Assembly (NCBI GenBank): GCA_031285625.1
Contig: JAITVV010000060.1
Location: 1 to 59,912 of the forward strand
Reading direction: 5' to 3'
Source: Prevotella sp.
GTDB taxonomy: Bacteria; Bacteroidota; Bacteroidia; Bacteroidales; Dysgonomonadaceae
Length of the DNA stretch: 59,912 nt
Shown here: positions 1-8,735 of the stretch, one piece after another
How the letters are laid out: each line of letters opens with the position of its first letter
How positions within the stretch are numbered: position 1 is the stretch's first letter
Program-made: the position numbers and the translations under genes
Notes under the pieces: model-generated
What the model was told of the DNA's origin: nothing
The model's database searches: none
What the model saw: the letters and a program-made list of their open reading frames with translations, nothing else

Positions 1-315
1 CTGACTTAGCTTTACCTTTGGTCGGTCTTTAATCTTCGATTCAGATTCTATTATCTTATTTGCTCTCAGAATCCCGGGTTCGGAATACTCGGCCAGAATC
101 GTTTCCAGATTATACTTCTTCTTAATAGCATTAAGTGTCTTATCATTATCTATTTGACCTTTAATAGTGGAAATTGAAATTTCATACCCGCTCAATTCCA
201 ACATTACTTCACCTTTCTCATTCCTTAATCCCTGCATGCCGGTAAGATCATACGTCTGAGAAAATAATGATATAGAGAACAGAATAAAAAAGCCGAACGA
301 CAAGATGTGTTTCAT
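1..315 (-). CDS. Hypothetical secreted protein, partial (runs off the left edge)
   Basis: Hand-translated: ATG at 315, open to position 1, MKHILSFGFFILFSISLFSQTYDLTG... with a signal-peptide-like N-terminus. Not in the supplied ORF track. Confidence 0.7.
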   Translation of the reverse strand, partial: MKHILSFGFFILFSISLFSQTYDLTGMQGLRNEKGEVMLELSGYEISISTIKGQIDNDKTLNAIKKKYNLETILAEYSEPGILRANKIIESESKIKDRPKVKLSQ

Positions 316-426
316 ATTTATAGTTACTGGTTATACGTCAAATATAGGTTTTTTTATTAAAACTAAGTAATCTCTCTTTTATTGTCAGGGCAAATCCTTC
401 AAATCATTTATCTCTATCAAAAGTTT

Positions 427-448
427 GTAGAGACGTATTGCATACGTC
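427..448 (+). repeat. GTAG-type REP-like palindrome
   Basis: GTAG-A-GACGTAT-tgc-ATACGTC: a GTAG tetranucleotide followed by a 7-bp stem. Confidence 0.45.
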
Positions 449-594
449 CGGTTGTCTTATTTTGTTATACGCGGGCAAAATATATCTTTACATAAGCCTG
501 AAAAGCAGTTTCTATTTTTTTTATTCAGTGCGACATATATTTCGTAAGAGGCGGTAAATGAAGATAATATCTTTATGCCTGAAATTATCTTCCA

Positions 595-622
595 TAAAAA
601 CCTGACAAACTTGACACTTTTT
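595..622 (+). repeat. Degenerate right half of the dispersed 9-mer element
   Basis: taaaaacc-TGACAAACT-TGACACTTT-tt resembles taaaacc-TGTTACTTT-TGTCACTTT-tt at 52399-52425. Confidence 0.45.
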
Positions 623-796
623 GCACTATTTTTTATTCTGTCAATTTACCTTCGTCGATTGATAATTCTATTCGACTTTCACTTTTCCGCTTCCGGCTCT
701 TTGCTTTCGTCGATGAGCCTCGATTAAAATCCGTCGTAAATAACTATAGATAAAATTATAATGATAAGATAACAGATCAGAGGTGTAAAAAATATT

Positions 797-1468
797 TTAA
801 CGGGAACGCAGAATATTTATATCCCCGCCCCTTTTATATCTGATTCCATCAGAACCCAGAGCGTCTATTACATAGTAATAAACTCCGGTATTCACATATT
901 TTCCTTTATATGTCCCGTCCCACCCTTTAGCCGGGTCGGCAAATTCAAAAAGTTTTTGCCCCCAACGGTTGAAAATGGTACATTTAAATTTCACGATAGA
1001 CCTGTATGCAACCCGGAATTCATCATTTGCCCCCGGAGAGTCTCCCGTAGAGAAATAATTAGGTACTTCAAGCTTTGACTCAGAAATAGTAAATGAGAAT
1101 GTATCTTCAGACGTATTGGAATCATTGTCTGCAACTTCCAGTTTCATAACATATTCTCCGAATTCTTCGAAGGTATATCTGGTTATATCCTTATCCGAAT
1201 AGCGTGCGATAGGATTCTCCATATCTCCCTTCTTGTATAGAAACCATGTATAATAAACAGCCTCACTGCCTCCCGATCCATAAAAGCTGAATGTTGCCGG
1301 AGCTGAAAATATTTTATTTTTTATCTCCTCTTCGGTTATAGTTTCATTTGTCGCATTTCGCCTTTCCACTTCATAGTCTATATGCGCTTCAAGTTTTCCT
1401 TCCGTATCCTGAGCTGCCAGACGCAGTGATACGGCGACTATAAACAATAATAGAGTTATTTTTTTCAT
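797..1468 (-). CDS. T9SS type B sorting domain (gliding motility-associated C-terminal domain) protein with PKD-like domain
   Basis: Signal peptide; C-terminal VPNYFS..GANDEF..IFNRWGQKLF..GWDG..GVYYYVI..G.INILR signature. Confidence 0.85.
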   Translation of the reverse strand: MKKITLLLFIVAVSLRLAAQDTEGKLEAHIDYEVERRNATNETITEEEIKNKIFSAPATFSFYGSGGSEAVYYTWFLYKKGDMENPIARYSDKDITRYTFEEFGEYVMKLEVADNDSNTSEDTFSFTISESKLEVPNYFSTGDSPGANDEFRVAYRSIVKFKCTIFNRWGQKLFEFADPAKGWDGTYKGKYVNTGVYYYVIDALGSDGIRYKRGGDINILRSR

Positions 1469-1642
1469 AAGCAACTGCTTTGGTCAAGAAAGTATTAAAA
1501 GCAACATTATTCCTTCGTAACCGGCTATTGATATTGCAGATACAAAGATAATAAGCTTGCGGCCTTAAACAATAAACCCCCTATCTTTTAACGGACAGAG
1601 GGTTATCTTATTTTGTAATACAGTTATATAAGGTCGCTCTGC

Positions 1643-2851
1643 CTATCGGGCATTAGCTTCCAGAGATATTCCTGCTTTTTTGAATACTCTTTCTATTTTC
1701 TCAAACGCTATATCAACCTGTTCTTTGGTGTGTGTAGCCATCAGAGAGAAACGAATCAATGTATCTGCCGGAGCAACAGCCGGAGACACTACCGGATTAA
1801 CAAATATGCCTTCTTCGAAAAGCCATTTTGTTATCATAAATGTTTTTTCATTATCGCGGATAAATAGCGGTATGATAGGAGTAGCGGTATGTCCTATTTC
1901 AAAACCACGGCTACGGAAACCATCTAATGCATAATGAGTAATATCCCACAAATGCTTAATACGCTCAGGTTCCGAAATAATGATATCTAATGCTGCACTG
2001 GCTGCCGCTGTAGCTGCAGGTGTAGCGCTGGCTGTAAATATATAAGCGCGGGAATTGTGTCGCAGATAGTCGAGAATCGTTTCGCTTCCGGCGATAAATC
2101 CGCCAAGCGAAGCTAAAGATTTACTGAATGTTCCCATTATAAGTTCCACATCGTCAACTAAACCTGTTTGTTCCACAAGCCCTTTTCCACTGTAATCTTT
2201 ACCGAGAACCCCTAAGCTATGAGCCTCGTCTACCATTACACTGGCGTTATATTGTTTGGCGAGTTTCACTATTTCAGGAAGGTTTGCTATATCGCCCTCC
2301 ATACTGAATACCCCGTCAACTACAATAAGTTTCACCTTGTCAGGTTCACATCTTTGCAGCTGTTTTTCGAGAGATTCCATATCATTGTGACGGAATTTCA
2401 ACTTTGTAGAATAAGAAACCCTTGCTCCTTCAATAATGGAAGCATGGTCCAGCTCATCCCACAATATGTAATCTTCACGTCCTGTAATACAAGATATTAC
2501 ACCTTGATTCACATTGAAGCCTGTCGAATAAACGATAGCATCTTCTTTGCCTACAAATTTTGCAAGCTTTTTTTCCAGTTCGATATGGATATCAAGAGTA
2601 CCATTCAGGAAACGGGAACCGGCCATCCCTGTCCCATACTTACGGGTAGCTTCTATGGCTGCTTCTTTTACTTTCGGGTGATTGGTTAATCCCAGATAGG
2701 CATTTGATCCGAACATTAACACTTTTTTTCCGTTGATAACGACTTCGGTATCCTGATCGCTTTGGATTTCTCTAAAGTATGGATAAATACCGGCAGCACG
2801 GGTATTTCTTGCTGCATCGTACCGATATAACTTATCAGTTAATAAACTCAT
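1643..2851 (-). CDS. spt: Serine palmitoyltransferase (alpha-oxoamine synthase family, PLP-dependent)
   Basis: GSNAYLGL, GSRFLNGT, DGVFSMEGD, DEAH and GTFSKS motifs; N-terminus typical of Bacteroidales SPT. Confidence 0.8.
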   Translation of the reverse strand: MSLLTDKLYRYDAARNTRAAGIYPYFREIQSDQDTEVVINGKKVLMFGSNAYLGLTNHPKVKEAAIEATRKYGTGMAGSRFLNGTLDIHIELEKKLAKFVGKEDAIVYSTGFNVNQGVISCITGREDYILWDELDHASIIEGARVSYSTKLKFRHNDMESLEKQLQRCEPDKVKLIVVDGVFSMEGDIANLPEIVKLAKQYNASVMVDEAHSLGVLGKDYSGKGLVEQTGLVDDVELIMGTFSKSLASLGGFIAGSETILDYLRHNSRAYIFTASATPAATAAASAALDIIISEPERIKHLWDITHYALDGFRSRGFEIGHTATPIIPLFIRDNEKTFMITKWLFEEGIFVNPVVSPAVAPADTLIRFSLMATHTKEQVDIAFEKIERVFKKAGISLEANAR

Positions 2852-2925
2852 ATTCAACTTATAACAAATGTGGATTATTATAGCTGCTTTTTGTAAATCT
2901 CGTTATCTCACAAAAATGCAGGCTG

Positions 2926-2933
2926 CAAAAATA
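2926..2933 (-). promoter_or_regulatory. Bacteroidetes -7 promoter box for spt
   Basis: TATTTTTG on the minus strand (consensus TAnnTTTG). Confidence 0.5.
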
Positions 2934-3038
2934 GCTAAAAAAAATAAGAAAGACAGCATTTTGGAATAAATATTTATAAAAAGGATATTTTAATAGAATC
3001 TTATACAGCTTCTAACAAAGGTATATTGCTTTTTTTCT

Positions 3039-3046
3039 TAAATTTG
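3039..3046 (+). promoter_or_regulatory. Bacteroidetes -7 promoter box for the M23-dxr-rseP-metF operon
   Basis: TAAATTTG about 60 nt upstream of the start codon. Confidence 0.5.
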
Positions 3047-3104
3047 TAACTTGGTCTGATATGCACAGAAATATATGAGTGATTGGCATATGACCAACAG
3101 ATAA

Positions 3105-3974
3105 ATGGGTAAAAAGAAGAAAAACAAACATAATTTCTGGAAGCGGTTGCATTTTAAATACCGTCTTTCGGTAATGAACGAGAATACATTAGAGGAAGTA
3201 TGGAATATAAGAGCATCCATGTTTTCAGGAGCTGTGTTACTCACCATTTTCGCTGTTTTTCTGGTATCTATCACCTCCATCATTATTATTGCAACCCCAA
3301 TTCGCTACTACCTGCCGGGATATCTTGATGCCGAAGTCAGGGAAAAAGCATTGCGTTCTGCCATCAGGGTAGACTCTCTCCAACAACAGTTAAACTATCA
3401 GGAAGCATATATAAACAACTTGAAGAATGTCTTCAACGGCGTACTGGATATAGATTCTGTAAAAATTCCGGATACAATATCAATATCTGAAACAGATCCT
3501 TTGCTGAAACAAACGAAAAAAGAGAAATCTTTTGTGGAAAGATATGAAGAGGATGAAAGGTATAACCTGTCGGTAATATCACCCACCAGTGGACCGATGG
3601 AAGGGGTCGTATTTTTCAGACCTATTAAAGGTTTGATCGTAACTAAATTCAGCCCTATGAACAACCAATACGGAATCGTATTGAAAATAGCATCACAGGA
3701 GACGGTATCTGCGGTATTGGAAGGCACTGTAATCTTTTCAGGATATGATTTATATGCTGGCTATACTATGCAGATTCAACATAAAAACGGATTTATTTCA
3801 ATTTACAAAAACAATACAACCCTCTTAAAACAAATGGGAGACAAAGTCAGAACAGGAGAAGCCATAGCCGTTATTGGGAACAATAAGGATAAAACAATAA
3901 CAGACTTATATCCTGAATTCGAGCTTTGGTATAAAGGTAATCCTGTAAATCCGGAAGATTATATTTCTTTTTAA
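3105..3974 (+). CDS. M23/LytM-family membrane protein, probably catalytically inactive
   Basis: TM segment, coiled coil and C-terminal M23 fold (AVLEGTV, GDKVRTGEAIA, FELWYKGNPVNP); His/Asp zinc ligands not visible. Confidence 0.8.
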   Translation: MGKKKKNKHNFWKRLHFKYRLSVMNENTLEEVWNIRASMFSGAVLLTIFAVFLVSITSIIIIATPIRYYLPGYLDAEVREKALRSAIRVDSLQQQLNYQEAYINNLKNVFNGVLDIDSVKIPDTISISETDPLLKQTKKEKSFVERYEEDERYNLSVISPTSGPMEGVVFFRPIKGLIVTKFSPMNNQYGIVLKIASQETVSAVLEGTVIFSGYDLYAGYTMQIQHKNGFISIYKNNTTLLKQMGDKVRTGEAIAVIGNNKDKTITDLYPEFELWYKGNPVNPEDYISF

Positions 3975-3983
3975 CGAAAACTT

Positions 3984-5132
3984 ATGAAACGAAATATTGC
4001 TATACTAGGTTCTACAGGTTCTATCGGCACTCAGGCACTGGATGTTGTCAGAGAGCACCAAGACCAGTTTGAGATATATGCACTCACAGCCAACAATAAT
4101 GCGGAGCTGTTAATAAAACAAGCTAAGGAATTCCTTCCCGAAGTCGTTGTTATAGCCAATGAAGATAAATACAAATTGGTTAAAGATGCTTTACAGGCTT
4201 TACCAATCAAAGTATGGACAGGTAGTGATTCCATTGCTCAGGTTGTAGAAAGTGAACCTATCAATATAGTGCTGACAGCCATGGTTGGCTATTCAGGATT
4301 AAAACCAACTATAAATGCTATAAAAGTAGGAAAAGCAATTGCATTGGCCAACAAAGAAACCCTTGTTGTAGCGGGAGAACTGATAACGGCCTTGGCAATA
4401 GAAAATAAAGTACCGATTTTGCCTGTCGATTCAGAGCATTCGGCTATATTCCAATGTCTTACAGGCGAGCGTTCGCCTATAGAAAAGATTCTCCTGACGG
4501 CATCCGGCGGCCCATTTCGCAATCATACAAAGGAACAACTTCAGAAAGTCACTAAAAAAGAAGCCCTTAAGCACCCTAATTGGGATATGGGGGCCAAAGT
4601 AACTATAGATTCCGCCTCATTGATGAATAAAGGCTTGGAAATGATAGAAGCCAAATGGTTGTTCGAAGTCAATCCTGATCAGATAGAGGTAGTTGTTCAT
4701 CCACAATCTATCATCCACTCGATGGTACAATTCGAAGATTCATCTATCATTGCTCAATTAGGGCTACCGGATATGCATCTGCCTATACAATATGCATTAG
4801 CATACCCTAACAGGTTAAAGTCCAGCTTTGAGAGACTTGATTTTTTCAAATTGAAATCAATGACCTTCGAAAAGCCGGACACTGATCGTTTCCGTAATTT
4901 GGCATTTGCATTCGAAGCGGCACGTACCAGAGGAAATATGGCATGTATAATGAATGCTGCCAACGAAATAGCAGTATCAGCCTTCCTTCAGGATAAAGTC
5001 GGTTTTCTGGAAATGAGCGACGTGATAGAAAAAACAATGCAAAAAACCTGCTTTGTTCACACTCCTACTTATGAAGATTATGTACAAACAGATATGGAAG
5101 CAAGACACATTGCACTGGAGTTTATAAAATAA
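3984..5132 (+). CDS. dxr: 1-deoxy-D-xylulose-5-phosphate reductoisomerase
   Basis: LGSTGSIG, LANKE, PVDSEHSAI and TASGGPF motifs. Confidence 0.97.
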   Translation: MKRNIAILGSTGSIGTQALDVVREHQDQFEIYALTANNNAELLIKQAKEFLPEVVVIANEDKYKLVKDALQALPIKVWTGSDSIAQVVESEPINIVLTAMVGYSGLKPTINAIKVGKAIALANKETLVVAGELITALAIENKVPILPVDSEHSAIFQCLTGERSPIEKILLTASGGPFRNHTKEQLQKVTKKEALKHPNWDMGAKVTIDSASLMNKGLEMIEAKWLFEVNPDQIEVVVHPQSIIHSMVQFEDSSIIAQLGLPDMHLPIQYALAYPNRLKSSFERLDFFKLKSMTFEKPDTDRFRNLAFAFEAARTRGNMACIMNAANEIAVSAFLQDKVGFLEMSDVIEKTMQKTCFVHTPTYEDYVQTDMEARHIALEFIK

Positions 5133-5150
5133 CACTATATAAAATTTTGA

Positions 5151-6488
5151 ATGGAAACTATTTTAATAAAAGCGTTACAATTAATATTAAGTTTATCGAT
5201 ACTGGTTATTATTCATGAGTTCGGACATTTCCTTTTTGCCCGCCTCTTCAAGATAAGGGTCGAAAAATTTTATCTTTTCTTTAATCCCTGGTTCTCACTT
5301 TTCAAATTCAAACCTAAAAACAGCGATACCGAATATGGTATTGGGTGGGTACCACTGGGTGGATACGTGAAAATATCGGGAATGATAGACGAATCGATGG
5401 ATAAAGAACAAATGAACCAACCTGCACAACCGTGGGAGTTCCGCACCAAACCGGCGTGGCAACGTTTATTGGTGATGGTCGGAGGTGTTCTCTTCAATTT
5501 CATCCTCGCCATTATTATCTACGGAGTAATACTATTTGCTTGGGGAGATTCATATATACCTGTAAAGTCAGTTAAGGATGGAATGACATTCTCCGAAACT
5601 GTGAAAAAACTTGGCGGCTATCAGGAACATGACATTATTCTTAGTGTAGATGGTAAGGACATGAATAACCGTAGTGGCGTTCTTAACATGAATACTTTCA
5701 TGCAGTTTCTTGACGCAAAAGAGGTACTGGTAGAACGCGAAGGGAAACAAATGACACTTACCATGCCTGAGAATTTTGCTGATGAAGTAATTGCTGCGGA
5801 AGACCCTACACCACCCTATTATTACTGGATGCCTACCGTTCTGGACTCTGTATTTGATGCGGCAAAAGCGGCAGGTTTACAAAAAGGGGACAGTATTCTT
5901 TCTATCAATGGAAAAGAAGTTACATCATGGATACAAGTTGTGGCCGAAGTATCAAAGAAAGAAAATATAGGAACAAAAATCAAAATTGCATACCAACGCG
6001 ATACGATCACATCCGATCTTGAAGTATTAGTGAACGACGAGAGCAAAATCGGTATTGCAGGAGTAAATCCTACATTTGAGGTTAAAAACGACAAATACAG
6101 CCTGATCTATGCTGTTCCGGCCGGAGCGGTTTTGGGTGTGGAAACATTGAAAGGGTATATCGCACAAATGCGTTTTGTATTTTCTTCAAAAGGAGTACAG
6201 AATCTAAGTGGATTTGCCGGTATCGGAAATCTGTTTCCTCCATCATGGGACTGGCATGCATTTTGGTCAATGACTGCATTCTTGTCAATCGTACTGGCAT
6301 TTATGAACATACTGCCTATTCCTGCACTGGATGGTGGGCACATTATGTTCCTTCTATATGAAGTAATAACAAGGCGACAGCCAAACGAGAAATTTATGGA
6401 ATATGCTCAGATGGGAGGAATGATATTCTTATTGCTATTACTTCTCGTCGCTAATGGAAATGATATTATCAGAATCTTTTTTAAGTAA
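5151..6488 (+). CDS. rseP: RIP metalloprotease RseP (M50 with PDZ domain)
   Basis: HEFGH, PLGGYVKI and NILPIPALDGGH motifs. Confidence 0.95.
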   Translation: METILIKALQLILSLSILVIIHEFGHFLFARLFKIRVEKFYLFFNPWFSLFKFKPKNSDTEYGIGWVPLGGYVKISGMIDESMDKEQMNQPAQPWEFRTKPAWQRLLVMVGGVLFNFILAIIIYGVILFAWGDSYIPVKSVKDGMTFSETVKKLGGYQEHDIILSVDGKDMNNRSGVLNMNTFMQFLDAKEVLVEREGKQMTLTMPENFADEVIAAEDPTPPYYYWMPTVLDSVFDAAKAAGLQKGDSILSINGKEVTSWIQVVAEVSKKENIGTKIKIAYQRDTITSDLEVLVNDESKIGIAGVNPTFEVKNDKYSLIYAVPAGAVLGVETLKGYIAQMRFVFSSKGVQNLSGFAGIGNLFPPSWDWHAFWSMTAFLSIVLAFMNILPIPALDGGHIMFLLYEVITRRQPNEKFMEYAQMGGMIFLLLLLLVANGNDIIRIFFK

Positions 6489-6497
6489 ACTACTGCT

Positions 6498-7448
6498 ATG
6501 ACTGTAACAGAACTAATTAATAAAAACAACAAAACCGCTTTTTCATTCGAAATACTTCCTCCAATGAAGGGGAATAACATTGAAAAAGTATACAACATTA
6601 TAGATAAACTGATTGAGTTTGATCCTCAATATATCAACATAACAACCCATCATAGTGAATATCTTGATCAGGAGATGCCTGATGGAACGGTAAAGAGGAT
6701 CAATATACGCAAACGTCCGGGCTCTGTAGCTATTGCAGCATCCATCCAACATAAGTATAATGTGATGGCTGTTCCGCATATGATATGTAAGGGTTTCTCA
6801 CAAGACGAAACGGAGTATGCGCTTATTGATCTGAATTTCCTGCATGTACATAACCTGCTACTGCTTCGTGGCGACACAAAACGCCTTGCACCCGAACAGA
6901 TGTATCCGAACAAAAATGAATATGCTACAGATCTTCAGAAACAAGTAAATAACTTCAATGAAGGCATTGCTGTAGATGGTACCACATTCGAAAAGAATCT
7001 CACTCCTTTCTCATACGGAATGGCTTGTTATCCGGAAATACATGAGGATGCTCCAAGTATGGAATCGGATATACACTATATGAAGCAAAAAGCAGACAAT
7101 GGTGCCGAATATTTTGTAACCCAGATGTTCTTCGATAATCAGAAATATTTCTCATTTGTGGATAAATGCCGCAAAGAAGGAATTACGCAACCAATAATAC
7201 CGGGGGTTAAACCCATTGTCTTAATGAGTCAGCTGGAAGTATTACCAAGAATATTCAGATCGAGTATTCCTGATGAACTGGCTGTAGAGCTCCGTAAATG
7301 TAAGACTGATGAGGAAGCCAAAGAAGTGGGCGTAGAATGGGGAATCAAACAATGCAAAGAATTGATGGCGCACGGAGTTCCCAGTCTGCATTTTTACTCT
7401 TTGCTAGCGACAGATAGTGTAAGAAGAATAGCAAAAGAGATATATTAA
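6498..7448 (+). CDS. metF: 5,10-methylenetetrahydrofolate reductase
   Basis: FSFEILPP, LRGD, YPEIH, TQMFFD and HFYSL motifs. Confidence 0.93.
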   Translation: MTVTELINKNNKTAFSFEILPPMKGNNIEKVYNIIDKLIEFDPQYINITTHHSEYLDQEMPDGTVKRINIRKRPGSVAIAASIQHKYNVMAVPHMICKGFSQDETEYALIDLNFLHVHNLLLLRGDTKRLAPEQMYPNKNEYATDLQKQVNNFNEGIAVDGTTFEKNLTPFSYGMACYPEIHEDAPSMESDIHYMKQKADNGAEYFVTQMFFDNQKYFSFVDKCRKEGITQPIIPGVKPIVLMSQLEVLPRIFRSSIPDELAVELRKCKTDEEAKEVGVEWGIKQCKELMAHGVPSLHFYSLLATDSVRRIAKEIY

Positions 7449-7465
7449 GTAAATAACAAACACTC

Positions 7466-7538
7466 TTGTCATGCTGAGGCAACGAAGCATCTTGTATCTT
7501 TTGAGTCAAGAGATTTTTCACTCCGTTCAAAATGACAA
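7466..7538. repeat. Palindromic interspersed element, copy 1 (TTGTCAT...ATGACAA)
   Basis: TTGTCATGCTGAGGCAACGAAGCATCT...AGATTTTTCACTCCGTTCAAAATGACAA; similar to 45541-45618. Confidence 0.75.
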
Positions 7539-7554
7539 AGACGATAAATATAAA

Positions 7555-8676
7555 ATGTTTTTTAAAGATATCATAGGACAACAAGAAGTAAAAGAGCGGC
7601 TGATAAGAACAGTCAGAGAGGGATTTGTTCCCCATGCACAACTCTTTTGCGGACCGGAAGGAATTGGTAAATTCCCTCTGGCACTTGCCTATGCACAATA
7701 TCTTAATTGTGAAAACCCAACAGAAAGTGACTCATGTGGTAGATGCGCTTCCTGTACTAAATATAATCATCTGGCACACCCTGACCTTCATTTTGTCTTC
7801 CCGATAGTAAAGAAAGCGAAGAAAAAAGAAGTCTGTGACGACTATATTACCGAATGGAGAGAGTTTGTAAACAAGAATAGCTACTTCAACCTAAACCAAT
7901 GGCTGGATCATATTGATGCTGAAAACTCACAAGGACTGATCTATGCAAAAGAGAGCGAAGAAATTTTGCGCAAGCTGAGCCTCCGTATCTACGAAGCCAA
8001 GTATAAGGTTATGATTATCTGGCTTCCCGAAAAGATGCATGAATCTTGTGCCAACAAATTATTAAAAATAATAGAAGAGCCGACAGATAATACAATATTC
8101 TTATTGGTATCTGATACTCCCGACAATATTATTACAACTATTCTATCGCGTTGTCAGCGGATAAATATACACAGTATAGCAGAAAATGATATCACTTTCG
8201 CGCTGGAATCTGAGTATAATATAACACCCGAAGATGCTATCAATGTAGCTCACTTATCTAAAGGTAGCTACCTGAAAGCAATCGAGACAATCAGCCTGAA
8301 CGAAGAGCATAAAATGTTTTTCAACCTGTTTGTGCAAATGATGCGAGCCTCGTATGCCCGCAATATAAAAGATATAAAAGCAATAGGGAATGGATTAGCC
8401 GCCATAGGCCGCGAAAATCAGAAAAGTTTCCTTATCTACTGTCAGCGGATGGTCAGGGAATACTTCATTAGTAATCTCAGCCAGCCACAAATAACATATT
8501 TGGCTCAGGATGAAGCCAATTTTGGAATACGTTTTGCTCCATTCATCAATGAACGCAATATCATTGGTTTTATGGATGAATTGGCTCTTGCCGAACGTCA
8601 TATAGAGCAAAATGTAAACGCAAAAATGGTATTTTTCGACCTTTGTTTAAAAATAACAATGCTAATTAAACAATAA
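7555..8676 (+). CDS. holB: DNA polymerase III subunit delta'
   Basis: MFFKDIIGQ start, GPEGIGK Walker A, CGRCASC zinc finger, HPDLHF, TILSRCQ. Start moved from 7471, which lies inside a repeat. Confidence 0.93.
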   Translation: MFFKDIIGQQEVKERLIRTVREGFVPHAQLFCGPEGIGKFPLALAYAQYLNCENPTESDSCGRCASCTKYNHLAHPDLHFVFPIVKKAKKKEVCDDYITEWREFVNKNSYFNLNQWLDHIDAENSQGLIYAKESEEILRKLSLRIYEAKYKVMIIWLPEKMHESCANKLLKIIEEPTDNTIFLLVSDTPDNIITTILSRCQRINIHSIAENDITFALESEYNITPEDAINVAHLSKGSYLKAIETISLNEEHKMFFNLFVQMMRASYARNIKDIKAIGNGLAAIGRENQKSFLIYCQRMVREYFISNLSQPQITYLAQDEANFGIRFAPFINERNIIGFMDELALAERHIEQNVNAKMVFFDLCLKITMLIKQ

Positions 8677-8735
8677 ATATAAACCCACAAAGCCGTAAGA
8701 AGGGGCTTTGTTTTCATTAATTAAATTAATACATA

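Noticed and set aside
7471-7554. N-terminal extension of HolB in the ORF track
   Set aside because: It derives from the palindromic repeat; the family-typical start MFFKDIIGQ is at 7555.
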